Shown: in pieces, positions 49,501 to 60,000 of the stretch
Position numbering within the stretch: the stretch's first letter is position 1
Layout: each line of letters starts with the position of its first letter
Assembly: GCA_040954595.2 (NCBI GenBank)
Contig: CM082597.2
Coordinates: 4,593,244-4,657,243, forward strand
DNA length: 64,000 nucleotides
From: Balanoglossus misakiensis
Lineage: Eukaryota; Animalia; Hemichordata
Direction of reading: 5' to 3'
Program-made: the position numbers and the translations under genes
Notes under the pieces: model-generated
Told to the model about the DNA's origin: nothing
Seen by the model: the letters and a program-made list of their open reading frames with translations, nothing else
Databases searched by the model: none

Positions 49501-49703
49501 AAGGTGCTCGCAAGGCTGATGTGCGAGAACGGCAACGTTTAATACAACTGGTGCAGCTCCAAGCCCAAGAAATTGACGCCTTAAAAGAAGAAATCGGTCT
49601 CCTTTCACGGAAAGGAGGTCATATTTTACCCCCAACCCAGCCGCCTTTACCCCATACTGCAACAAGCAGTATGGGAAGACCAGTTACAGGCACTAACCCA
49701 TAA
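25594..49703 (+). CDS. CFAP44: Cilia- and flagella-associated protein 44 (WDR52), about 2022 aa from 34 core exons
   Basis: Exons 25594-25621, 26383-26424, 26610-26654, 26811-27281, 27429-27699, 28143-28305, 28778-29097, 29599-29878, 30221-30379, 30805-30952, 31405-31499, 31948-32151, 32583-32693, 33593-33745, 34341-34473, 37845-37948, 38385-38545, 39011-39302, 39775-39993, 40354-40484, 40844-41031, 41536-41702, 42264-42452, 42931-43115, 43275-43431, 43924-44207, 44673-44787, 44919-45105, 45412-45527, 45664-45840, 46453-46649, 47118-47343, 47864-47998 and 49488-49703 total 6069 nt in frame. Motifs [62 protein letters not shown]40 repeats, a long coiled coil, and terminal [11 protein letters not shown]. 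The first four exons (low-complexity N-terminus) are less certain. Confidence 0.93.
27700..28142 (+). other. U12-type GT-AG intron in CFAP44
   Basis: 5' splice site GTATCCTTTG; branch site TTCTTAAC at 28120-28127, 15 nt before the 3' end. Splicing gives LLSVHHSFGYD. Confidence 0.85.
27765..27971. mobile_element. ~205-bp Tc1/mariner-type MITE, copy 3
   Basis: TA|CTGTAAAACGCTTTATTTTCGCGAG...CTCGCGAAAATAAAGTGTTTTACAG|TA. Confidence 0.85.
29160..29367. mobile_element. ~205-bp Tc1/mariner-type MITE, copy 4
   Basis: TA|CTGTAAAACACTTTATTTTCGCGAG...CTCGCGAAAATAAAGTGTTTTACAG|TA. Confidence 0.85.
32708..33158. mobile_element. Double-hairpin non-autonomous element, unclassified
   Basis: An imperfect ~190-bp hairpin (32708-32898) centred on CCCTCGGCCTGCGGCCTCGGG is directly followed by a second inverted pair, TATAATAAACCTCATGCTAA (32900-32919) and TTAGCATGAGGTATATTATA (33139-33158). 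Confidence 0.65.
33764..33946. mobile_element. Kolobok-like MITE (TTAA TSD), family A
   Basis: TTAA|AGGTATACAGTCACCT...AGGTGACCGTCTACCT|TTAA. Related pieces at ~34022-34153, ~43661-43750, 48798-48937 and ~7255-7310. Confidence 0.7.
34475..34825. repeat. Near-perfect 175-bp tandem duplication
   Basis: 34475-34649 is repeated at 34650-34824 with one visible substitution (ACATTG vs ACATCG). Confidence 0.9.
35697..36036. mobile_element. Old Kolobok-like MITE, family B
   Basis: Degenerate TIRs ending at TTAA. Central palindrome ATTCAAGTCCGGACTTGAAT is shared with the copy at 42511-42851. Confidence 0.5.
42511..42851. mobile_element. Old Kolobok-like MITE, family B
   Basis: TTAA|AGCTCCATTAGCTGTAACTTTTCG start (also at ~9500); central GAATTTAAGTCCAGACTAGAATTC; ends at TTAA. 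Confidence 0.5.
45888..46112. mobile_element. Kolobok-like MITE (TTAA TSD), family C
   Basis: TTAA|AGGGAAGGGGTAGTCGCGCCGC...GCGGCGCGACGACCCCTTCACT|TTAA; 22-bp TIR with 2 mismatches. Confidence 0.75.
47522..47701. repeat. 62-bp minisatellite, about 3 copies
   Basis: AGTGTAATACAAAGTAACAACCACATTGTTTGCAATGATGTACATTGTAGCAGTTACACTAC starts at 47522, 47584 and 47646. Confidence 0.9.
48798..48937. mobile_element. Kolobok-like MITE, family A (inverted, internally deleted)
   Basis: TTAA|AGGTATACAGTCAC...GTGACTGTATTCCT|TTAA. The interior TCACAGATTTTCAGTGGGTGG is the reverse complement of sequence in the 33764 copy. Confidence 0.7.
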
Positions 49704-50699
49704 TAGTCTGTCATTTTTATAAAATTTTAGAATGTCTTTCATATTGTGTTTTATATGTATATATAATAGTTTTACCCTAAGATCTTATGTGAACATACGT
49801 GATTGTATCAATTTTTCCCCTCTGTATAATGTTATGATTTTTTTTCTATAAGTGAGTTAATTTTGCTACATGAATGTTTTTGTTCAGATTCCATACAGGT
49901 TCCATTGCTACATAAGACGAGGACATTGTCACATACATGGAAATTATTGAGATCTTATATTTGAATTCAAGTGAATAAGCCTTGAGATTTTACCATGAAA
50001 TTTAACCCTTCCACCCCTTATCCCTTTAATTGGGATCAACCATGCTTTGAAAACTATAGGTATACCGGACTCATGATTTCCTGTATAAGCATTGACAATG
50101 TGTTGAACATCTCAGTGGTGAATTCCATCAGTAAACTTTGTCAGTGACAGGTCAGACGGACATGAAGTCTAACAGTCGAGCAGTATAAATACAGGTAAAA
50201 AACTAATACTCGCTATGTCTAAAATATAGCTTGTTCTGTAAATAAAAATAATAATCTACATCCAAAGACAAAAGGGGAACTCGTAGTAGTAAACCAGTGG
50301 CTGCACCAGTACATGTATCTTGGTAGGCTTGGAGACTTTATCGACGTTAAATTGAAATTGCCCCATGTACATCGCACTGCTTTGAGTATCAAAAGATATG
50401 GTAATGTACAAAACATGTATATTGTTGTCTTTAATAATTTACATATGCCATGGATGCCGTGTACTTTACAATTGTATGAGCTGTTTTTGTAGAAATAAAA
50501 ACCTTCGTTTCTTGATTTTTTCTCATTTTCGATGTGGAGAATCAGCGAAAGTGTGTATCATCAATAAAATGTGTTCATCTTATAAAGAACTGCAATTGTT
50601 TCTGTGTTATTGATATAAAACAGCTGATAACAAACACTACGCCTTAACTGTTTAACTTTATATCTAAATATAAAAAAATTGTTTCATAACTTGTAAAAT

Positions 50700-50830
50700 C
50701 ATAATTTTTTTCAAAAAATGACCAATTTTCAACGTTTTAAATTTTTGAACATTTTTCATGGGTTATACATCATGATTTTTTTTCAAAAAAGACTAATTTT
50801 CGACGTTTTGAATTTTGATTTTTTCGACCA
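50700..50830 (-). repeat. Inverted, degenerate remnant (1-2 monomers) of the 88-bp satellite edge variant
   Basis: 50741-50780 is an exact 40-bp reverse complement of AAAAATCATGATGTATAACCCATGAAAAATGTTCAAAAAT, seen in the monomers at 57.2-57.5 kb. Confidence 0.85.
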
Positions 50831-51876
50831 ATTTTCGACTTATATTTTTCGCAATTTTTGGAGGGATGAGGACGAACACTGGGGCATTGGACTTTGACCG
50901 TCATTACGTAATGTTGTGGAGGTCTCATTAAAGGCCGGTGCGGAAAGTCCTGGGGTTCGGATTAACGTGTGTTTGTATAGTTGTTTATTTGGGAGTGGTC
51001 GTCGTGCATAATGACTGTGTAATTGCTCTCATGTACACAGAAAATAATTGAACACTTCACACCTCCACGCGATTGACAACTGTTTGAATGGCGTGGTTAT
51101 TGTTTCCCAGGGACGCTTCTGAAAAGCACTGAAACCAGATTTCTCCCAAAATCATCGTTGTTTCATAAGCTCGTGTACTTTTTCGTCGATAACTTTATGT
51201 TGTGTGTGTTTATAAAGCCAACTACTGTCGTTGTGTGGTGTAATTCTTTATGCTTGGACCTGTTTGGGCCGATTTTCATAGAGCCAAGATCGTTGGTGTT
51301 GTCTGTTGTCAGTCAAACGGCATTAAGATTCGCCACTGATTTGGGGGGTCTTTTATACCCCGCACCGGGGTCTAACAGGGTGTTCACTTCTGGCGGGTTT
51401 GCAGTAGTCCTTGGAAAATCGGATGAAATACGTAAACAGACCAGTGATTATTTTCCACGGAATGAATTTTGGGACAACACAATATCGGAGTTCAGGCTGT
51501 GTTAGGGCGTTTTATTGAATTACGCTGAGTTTGTTAGCTGTTGCCGTTCAAATGTGTCTACGCAGACCCGGCTACACTGGTTAACATTCAATGTAATGCG
51601 GCGGCGGACTTTGACCCTCAGTCCGTGGGAGGTTTCATTAGCATGGTAGTCACATGTAGTGGATAGTTGATCGGGAAATTGGCCGAAATACGTAAGCAGA
51701 CCAGTGATTTTATTGCACGAAGGGAGTATGGTACCAGCAATAATCAGAGATCAGGCTGGACCGTCCGCAACCGTCCGCATGACCAACCAAGGAACGAATA
51801 AGTCGTTATTGGACCGTAATAAAACTTTTTTCTCACCAAGGAGCGAATAAAGAACGGTCAGACCGTAATTCGCCTC

Positions 51877-52335
51877 AATCAATCAATCAATCAATCAATC
51901 AAAAACATTTATATGGCGCCAATATCCAGAGAACTGTTCAGTGGCGCCCGATGGTTGTTCACACACTGTAGGCTGTTTTAAACAAGTGTCTTCAGTTTCC
52001 CCTTAAAAGAGTCTAGACTGGTAGCTAAACGAATGTCATCAGGTAGTGAGTTCCAGAGCTTTGGAGCAGCATAAGAAAATGCACGTCCTCCATAGTTGAC
52101 TTGTTTGTAATGTGTTATTGTCCGAAGGTTCTTTTCCCGAGACCTTAAGCTGCGTGAAGGGGTATATCGATTAACCATGTCAGAAATGAACTCCGGGGTA
52201 AGGCCATGAATGGCCTTACATGTAAGAAGCAAGATCTTGTAATCAATCCTGGCACAAACTGGTAGCCAAAGCAGAGAGATGAGAGCGGGAGTAACATGTT
52301 CAAACTTCTTCGACCGGGTGATGATTCTTGCTGCC
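51877..52335 (-). mobile_element. 5'-truncated L2/CR1-group LINE 3' end
   Basis: Minus-strand peptide AARIITRSKKFEHVTPALISLLWLPVCARIDYKILLLTCK...RSLRS...GGRAFSYAAPKLWNSLP...SLDSFKGKLKT is the typical C-terminus of L2-group ORF2. It is followed by a short 3' UTR ending GGCGCCATATAAAT and a (GATT)n tail. Confidence 0.88.
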
Positions 52336-52611
52336 TCGTTGCGGGAAGGGAAGGGAACTCTTATTCGCCCCGCTGCGGGGCAGGAAAAAAACTGAATGGT
52401 CGGACCGAAATTAGCCTCGCTGTGGGCCAAGGAATGCTCGGACCGAATTTTGCATCGTTACGGGATGAATGCGGAATGGTCGGGCCGTCATTAGCCTCGG
52501 ACTGTAATAAAAAAAATCAGTTTTACTTTAATAAGAAAACGTTTGAAAAATTTCGGGCTGTGTACAGGGCATGTGAAAATTATAATTTATTTCCATTAAT
52601 CCAATTCATTC

Positions 52612-55600
52612 CAATATCTACGCTGCGTTTTTTATCTGTCGGGTATAAGAAACATGTAGGGAAACTTGGTCATTTTTTGTCGCGGTTCACTTGGGCAAGT
52701 CTGAATACGGAGTGCTCGGGAGAGAGAATTGTGTCTTTCCGTCCGCATGACCAACCAAGGAGCGAAAAGGTCGTTATTTGGGCCGTAATAAAACGTTTTT
52801 GTCGTCGAGGAGTGAATAAAGTACGGTCAGATCGTTACGGAGCAGGGAACTCTTATTCGCACCGCTGCGGTGCACGGAACTCTTCTTTGCACCGCTGCGG
52901 TGCAAATAAGAATATGCACCGCTGCGGTGCAAATAAGATCATGGTAGTTATGCTGCAATATAGTTCGGTAAATTTCCGACAGTTTAGAGTACAAATCGTG
53001 ATGGCGAAGGGTTCAGGAAGGCTAGGTTTTTACCTGAAGGTGTCAACTGATGTTGGTTCGAGACCACATTTTTTCTATCTCTTTTTTTTTTTGAAAACTT
53101 TTAACGACATAATCATTGTAATTTTTATCTTTTTCATAAACCCAATTATTTCAATATCTACGGTGCGTTTTTTTATCTGTCGGGTATAAGAAACATGTAG
53201 GGAAACTTGGTCATTTTTTGTCGCGGTTCACTTGGGCAAGTCTGAATACGGAGTGCTCGGAGAGAGAATTGTGTCTTTCCGTCCGCATGACCAACCAAGG
53301 AGCGAAAAAGTCGTTATTTGGGCCGTAATAAAACGTTTTTGTCGTCGACGAGTGAATAAAGTACGGTCAGATCGTTACGGAGCAGGGAACTCTTATTTGC
53401 ACCGCAGCGGTGCAAACTCTTATTTGCACCGCTGCGGTGCAAATAAGAATTTGCACCGCTGCGGTGCAAATAAGATCATTGGAGTTATGCTGCAATATAG
53501 TGCGGAAAATTTCAGACTTTTTCGCGTACAAATCGTGATGGCGAAGGGTTCAGGAAGGCTAGCCTTTTACCTGAAGGTGTCAACTGCTGTTGGTTCGAGA
53601 CCACTTTTTCTATTTCTTTTTTTTTGAAAACTTTTACGACATTATCATTGTAATTTTTATCTTTTTCATAAACCCAATTATTTCAATATCTACGCTGCGT
53701 TTTTTTATCTGTCGGGTATAAGAAACATGTATTGAAACTTGGTCATTTTTTTTTGTCGCGGTTCACTTGGGCAAGTCTGAATACGGAGTGCTCGGGAGAG
53801 AGAATTGTGACTTTCCGTCCGCATGACCAACCAAGGAGCGAAAAAGTCGTTATTTGGGCCGTAATAAAACGTTTTTGTCGTCGACGAGTGAATAAAGTGC
53901 GGTGAGATCGTTACGGAGCAGGGAACTCTTATTCGCACCGCTGCGGTGCACGGAACTCTTATTTGCACCGCTGCGGTGCAAATAAGAATATGCACCGCTG
54001 CGGTGCAAATAAGATCATGGTGGTTATGCTGCAATATAGTTCGGTAAATTTCCGAAAGTCTAGAGTACAAATCGTGATGGCGAAGGGTTCAGGAAGGCTA
54101 ACCTTATAGCTGAAAGTGTAAACTGATGTTGGTTCGAGACCACATTTTTTCTATTTCTTTTTTTTTTAAACTTTTAACGACATAATCATTATAATTTTTA
54201 TCTTTTTCATAAACCCAATTATTTCAATATCTACGCTGCGTTTTTTTATCTGTCGGGTATAAGAAACATGTATTGAAACTTGGTCATTTTTTTTTGTCGC
54301 GGTTCACTTGGGCAAGTCTGAATACGGAGTGCTCGGGAGAGAGAATTGTGACTTTCCGTCCGCATGACCAACCAAGGAGCGAAAAAGTCGTTATTTGGGC
54401 CGTAATAAAACGTTTTTGTCGTCGACGAGTGAATAAAGTGCGGTGAGATCGTTACGGAGCAGGGAACTCTTATTCGCACCGCTGCGGTGCACGGAACTCT
54501 TATTTGCACCGCTGCGGTGCAAATAAGAATATGCACCGCTGCGGTGCAAATAAGATCTTGGTAGTTATGCTGCAATATAGTTCGGTAAATTTCCGACAGT
54601 CTAGAGCACAAATCGTGATGGCGAAGGGTTCAGGAAGGCTAATCTTTTAGCTGAAAGTGTAAACTGATGTTGGTTCGAGACCACATTTTTTCTATTTCTT
54701 TTTTTTTTGAAAACTTTTAACGACATAATCATTGTAATTTTTATCTTTTTCATAAACCCAATTATTTCAATATCTACGCTGCGTTTTTTTATCTGTCGGG
54801 TATAAGAAACATGTATTGAAACTTGGTCATTTTTTTTGTCGCGGTTCACTTGGGCAAGTCTGAATACGGAGTGCTCGGGAGAGAGAATTGTGACTTTCCG
54901 TCCGCATGACCAACCAAGGAGCGCAAAAGTCGTTATTTGGGCCGTAATAAAACGTTTTTGTCGTCGACGAGTGAATAAAGTACGGTCAGATCGTTACGGA
55001 GCAGGGAACTCTTATTCGCACCGCTGCGGTGCAGGGAACTCTTATTTGCACCGCTGCGGTGCAAATAAGAATTTGCACCGCTGCGGTGCAAATAAGATCG
55101 TTGGAGTTATGCTGCAATATAGTGCGGAAAATTTCCGACTTTTTCGCGTACAAATCGTGATGGCGAAGGGTTCAGGAAGGCTAGCCTTTTACCTGAAGGT
55201 GTCAACTGCTGTTGGTTCGAGACCACTTTTTCTATTTCTTTTTTTTTGAAAACTTTTACGACATTATCATTGTAATTTTTATCTTTTTCATAAACCCAAT
55301 TATTTGAATATCTACGCTGCGTTTTTTTATCTGTCGGGTATAAGAAACATGTAGGGAAAATTGGTCATTTTTTGTCGCGGTTCACTTGGGCAAGTCTGAA
55401 AACGGAGTGCTCAGGAGAGAGAAATATAAACTCGCTAAAACCGTGTCTTTCCGTCCGCATGACCAACCAAGGAGCGAAAAAGTCGTTATTTAGGCCGTAA
55501 TAAAACGTTTTTGTCGCCGAGGAGTGAATAAAGAACGGTCAGATCGTTGCGGTGCAGGGAACTCTTATTTGCACCGCTGCGGTGCAAATAAGAATTTGCA

Positions 55601-57005
55601 CCGCTGCGGTGCAAATAAGATCATTGGAGTTATGCTGCAATATAGTGCGGAAAATTTCCGACTTTTTCGCGTACAAATCGTGATGGCGAAGGGTTCAGGA
55701 AGGCTAGCCTTTTACCTGAAGGTGTCAACTGCTGTTGGTTCGAGACCACTTTTTCTATTTCTTTTTTTTTGAAAACTTTTACGACATAATCATTGTAATT
55801 TTTATCTTTTTCATAAACCCAATTATTTCAATATCTACGCTGCGTTTTTTTATCTGTCGGGTATAAGAAACATGTAGGGAAAATTGGTCATTTTTTGTCG
55901 CGGTTCACTTGGGCAAGTCTGAATACGGAGTGCTCAGGAGAGAGAATTGTGACTTTCCGTCCGCATGACCAACCAAGGAGCGCAAAAGTCGTTATTTGGG
56001 CCGTAATAAAACGTTTTTGTCGTCGACGAGTGAATAAAGTACGGTCAGATCGTTACGGAGCAGGGAACTCTTATTCGCACCGCTGCGGTGCAGGGAACTC
56101 TTATTTGCACCGCTGCGGTGCAAATAAGAATTTGCACCGCTGCGGTGCAAATAAGATCGTTGGAGTTATGCTGCAATATAGTGCGGAAAATTTCCGACTT
56201 TTTCGCGTACAAATCGTGATGGCGAAGGGTTCAGGAAGGCTAGCCTTTTACCTGAAGGTGTCAACTGCTGTTGGTTCGAGACCACTTTTTCTATTTCTTT
56301 TTTTTTGAAAACTTTTACGACATTATCATTGTAATTTTTATCTTTTTCATAAACCCAATTATTTGAATATCTACGCTGCGTTTTTTTATCTGTCGGGTAT
56401 AAGAAACATGTAGGGAAAATTGGTCATTTTTTGTCGCGGTTCACTTGGGCAAGTCTGAATACGGAGTGCTCAGGAGAGAGAATTGTGACTTTCCGTCCGC
56501 ATGACCAACCAAGGAGCGAAAAAGTCGTTATTTGGGCCGTAATAAAACGTTTTTGTCGTCGAGGAGTGAATAAAGTACGGTCAGATCGTTACGGAGCAGG
56601 GAACTCTTATTCGCACCGCTGCGGTGCACGGAACTCTTATTTGCACCGCTGCGGTGCAAATAAGAATTTGCACCGCTGCGGTGCAAATAAGATCATGGTA
56701 GTTATGCTGCAATATAGTGCGGAAAATTTCCGACTTTTTCGCGTACAAATCGTGATGGCGAAGGCTTCAGGAAGGCTAGCCTTTTACCTAAAGGTGTCAA
56801 CTGCTGTTGGTTCGAGACCACTTTTTTCTATTTCTTTTTTTTTGAGAACTTTTAACGACATTATCATTGTAATTTTTATCATTTTCATAAATCCAATTCA
56901 TTTCAATATCTACGCTGCGTTTTTTATCTGTCGGGTATAAGAAACATGTAGGGAAACTTGGTCATTTTTTTGTCGCGGTTCACTTGGGCAAGTCTGAATA
57001 CGGAG
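52612..57005. repeat. Tandem array of a ~540-bp unit (8 full copies plus a partial copy)
   Basis: AATATCTACG(C/G)TGCG anchor at ~52612, 53152, 53684, 54225, 54768, 55306, 55829, 56365 and 56904 (periods 523-543 bp). Diverged fragments also lie at 51760-51875 and 52338-52400. Confidence 0.95.
53002..53075 (+). promoter_or_regulatory. tRNA-like Pol III type-2 module (A-box, B-box, oligo-T) in unit 1, repeated in every 540-bp unit
   Basis: A-box-like TGGCGAAGGG at 53002; B-box GGTTCGAGACC at 53055-53065, then a T-run. The B-box is invariant at 53592, 54131, 54672, 55214, 55737, 56273 and 56809. Confidence 0.55.
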
Positions 57006-57084
57006 GGTTAGCGTTAGGAATCAATCCGTGACATATTTCGGCCAACCAATAAACCGATTTGCAACTTCAAAAAAGGAAATTGAA

Positions 57085-60000
57085 AAAAAACATGAAAAAT
57101 GTTCAAAAATGACCAAAAAATCAATATCGGGCAAATCGAAAATTTGTCATTTTTTGACAAAATTCATGATGTATAACCCATGAAAAATGTTCAAAAATGG
57201 CCAAAAAATTAATATCGGGCAAATCGAAATTTTGTCATTTTTTGACAAAAATCATGATGTATAACCCATGAAAAATGTTCAAAAATGGCCAAAAAATCAA
57301 TATTCGGCAAATCGAAAATTTGTCATTTTTTGACAAAAATCATGATGTATAACCCATGAAAAATGTTCAAAAATGACCAAAAAATCAATATTCGGCAAAT
57401 CGAAAATTTGTCATTTTTTGACAAAAATCATGATGTATAACCCATGAAAAATGTTCAAAAATGACCAAAAAAATCAATATTCGGCAAATCGAAAATTTGT
57501 CATTTTTTGACAAAAATCATGATGTATAACCCATAAAAATTTTTCAAAAATGACCAAAAAATCAATATTCGGCAAATCTAAAATTTGTCATTTTTAGACA
57601 AAAACCATGATGGTTAACCCATGAAAAATGTTCAAAACGGCCGAAAATCTCGAAATTCGGCAACTCGAAAATTCGTGGTTTTTCGACAAAAACCATGATG
57701 GTTAACCCATGAAAAATGTTCAAATCGGCCGAAACTCGCGAAATTCGGCAACTCGAAAATTCGCGGTTTTTCGACAAAAACCATGATGGTTAACCCATGA
57801 AAAATGTTCAAATCGGCCGAAAATCCCGAAATTCGGCAACTCGAAAATTCGTGGTTTTTCGACAAAAACCATGATGGTTAACCCATGAAAAATGTTCAAA
57901 TCGGCCGAAAATCCCGAAATTCGGCAACTCGAAAATTCGTGGTTTTTCGACAAAAACCATGATGGTTAACCCATGAAAAATGTTCAAATCGGCCGAAAAT
58001 CCCGAAATTCGGCAACTCGAAAATTCGCGGTTTTTCGACAAAAACCATGATGGTTAACCCATGAAAAATGTTCAAATCGGCCGAAAATCCCGAAATTCGG
58101 CAACTCGAAAATTCGTGGTTTTTCGACAAAAACCATGATGGTTAACCCATGAAAAATGTTCAAATCGGCCGAAAATCTCGAAATTCGGCAACTCGAAAAT
58201 TCGCGGTTTTTCGACAAAAACCATGATGGTTAACCCATGAAAAATGTTCAAATCGGCCGAAAATCGCGAAATTCGGCAACTCGAAAATTCGCGGTTTTTC
58301 GACAAAAACCATGATGGTTAACCCATGAAAAATGTTCAAATCGGCCGAAAATCCCGAAATTCGGCAACTCGAAAATTCGCGGTTTTTCGACAAAAACCAT
58401 GATGGTTAACCCATGAAAAATGTTCAAATCGGCCGAAAATCCCGAAATTCGGCAACTCGAAAATTCGTGGTTTTTCGACAAAAACCATGATGGTTAACCC
58501 ATGAAAAATGTTCAAATCGGCCGAAAATCCCGAAATTCGGCAACTCAAAAATTCGTGGTTTTTCGACAAAAACCATGATGGTTAACCCATGAAAAATGTT
58601 CAAATCGGCCGAAAATCCCGAAATTCGGCAACTCGAAAATTCGCGGTTTTTCGACAAAAACCATGATGGTTAACCCATGAAAAATGTTCAAATCGGCCGA
58701 AAATCGCGAAATTCGGCAACTCGAAAATTCGCGGTTTTTCGACAAAAACCATGATGGTTAACCCATGAAAAATGTTCAAATCGGCCGAAAATCGCGAAAT
58801 TCGGCAACTCGAAAATTCGCGGTTTTTCGACAAAAACCATGATGGTTAACCCATGAAAAATGTTCAAATCGGCCGAAAATCCCGAAATTCGGCAACTCGA
58901 AAATTCGTGGTTTTTCGACAAAAACCATGATGGTTAACCCATGAAAAATGTTCAAATCGGCCGAAAATCGCGAAATTCGGCAACTCGAAAATTCGCGGTT
59001 TTTCGACAAAAACCATGATGGTTAACCCATGAAAAATGTTCAAATCGGCCGAAAATCGCGAAATTCGGCAACTCGAAAATTCGCGGTTTTTCGAAAAAAA
59101 CCATGATGGTTAACCCATGAAAAATGTTCAAATCGGCCGAAAATCCCGAAATTCGGCCACTCGAAAATTCGTGGTTTTTCGACAAAAACCATGATGGTTA
59201 ACCCATGAAAAATGTTCAAATCGGCCGAAAATCCCGAAATTCGGCAACTCGAAAATTCGCGGTTTTTCGACAAAAACCATGATGGTTAACCCATGAAAAA
59301 TGTTCAAATCGGCCGAAAATCGCGAAATTCGGCAACTCGAAAATTCGTGGTTTTTCGACAAAAACCATGATGGTTAACCCATGAAAAATGTTCAAATCGG
59401 CCGAAAATCCCGAAATTCGGCAACTCGAAAATTCGTGGTTTTTCGACAAAAACCATGATGGTTAACCCATGAAAAATGTTCAAATCGGCCGAAAATCGCG
59501 AAATTCGGCAACTCGAAAATTCGCGGTTTTTCGACAAAAACCATGATGGTTAACCCATGAAAAATGTTCAAATCGGCCGAAAATCCCGAAATTCGGCAAC
59601 TCGAAAATTCGTGGTTTTTCGACAAAAACCATGATGGTTAACCCATGAAAAATGTTCAAATCGGCCGAAAATCCCGAAATTCGGCAACTCGAAAATTCGC
59701 GGTTTTTCGAAAAAAACCATGATGGTTAACCCATGAAAAATGTTCAAATCGGCCGAAAATCTCGAAATTCGGCAACTCGAAAATTCGCGGTTTTTCGACA
59801 AAAACCATGATGGTTAACCCATGAAAAATGTTCAAATCGGCCGAAAATCCCGAAATTCGGCAACTCGAAAATTCGCGGTTTTTCGACAAAAACCATGATG
59901 GTTAACCCATGAAAAATGTTCAAATCGGCCGAAAATCGCGAAATTCGGCAACTCGAAAATTCGCGGTTTTTCGACAAAAACCATGATGGTTAACCCATGA

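Noticed and set aside
52995-53075. Calling the A/B-box module a functional tRNA gene
   Set aside because: It has no 7-bp acceptor stem, an imperfect T-stem and a variable, non-canonical anticodon loop. It is kept only as a tRNA-like promoter module.
52296-56940. ORFs of 82-297 aa with HRCGA repeats
   Set aside because: They are translations of the 540-bp unit and its palindromes; the frames break at variable T-runs between copies.
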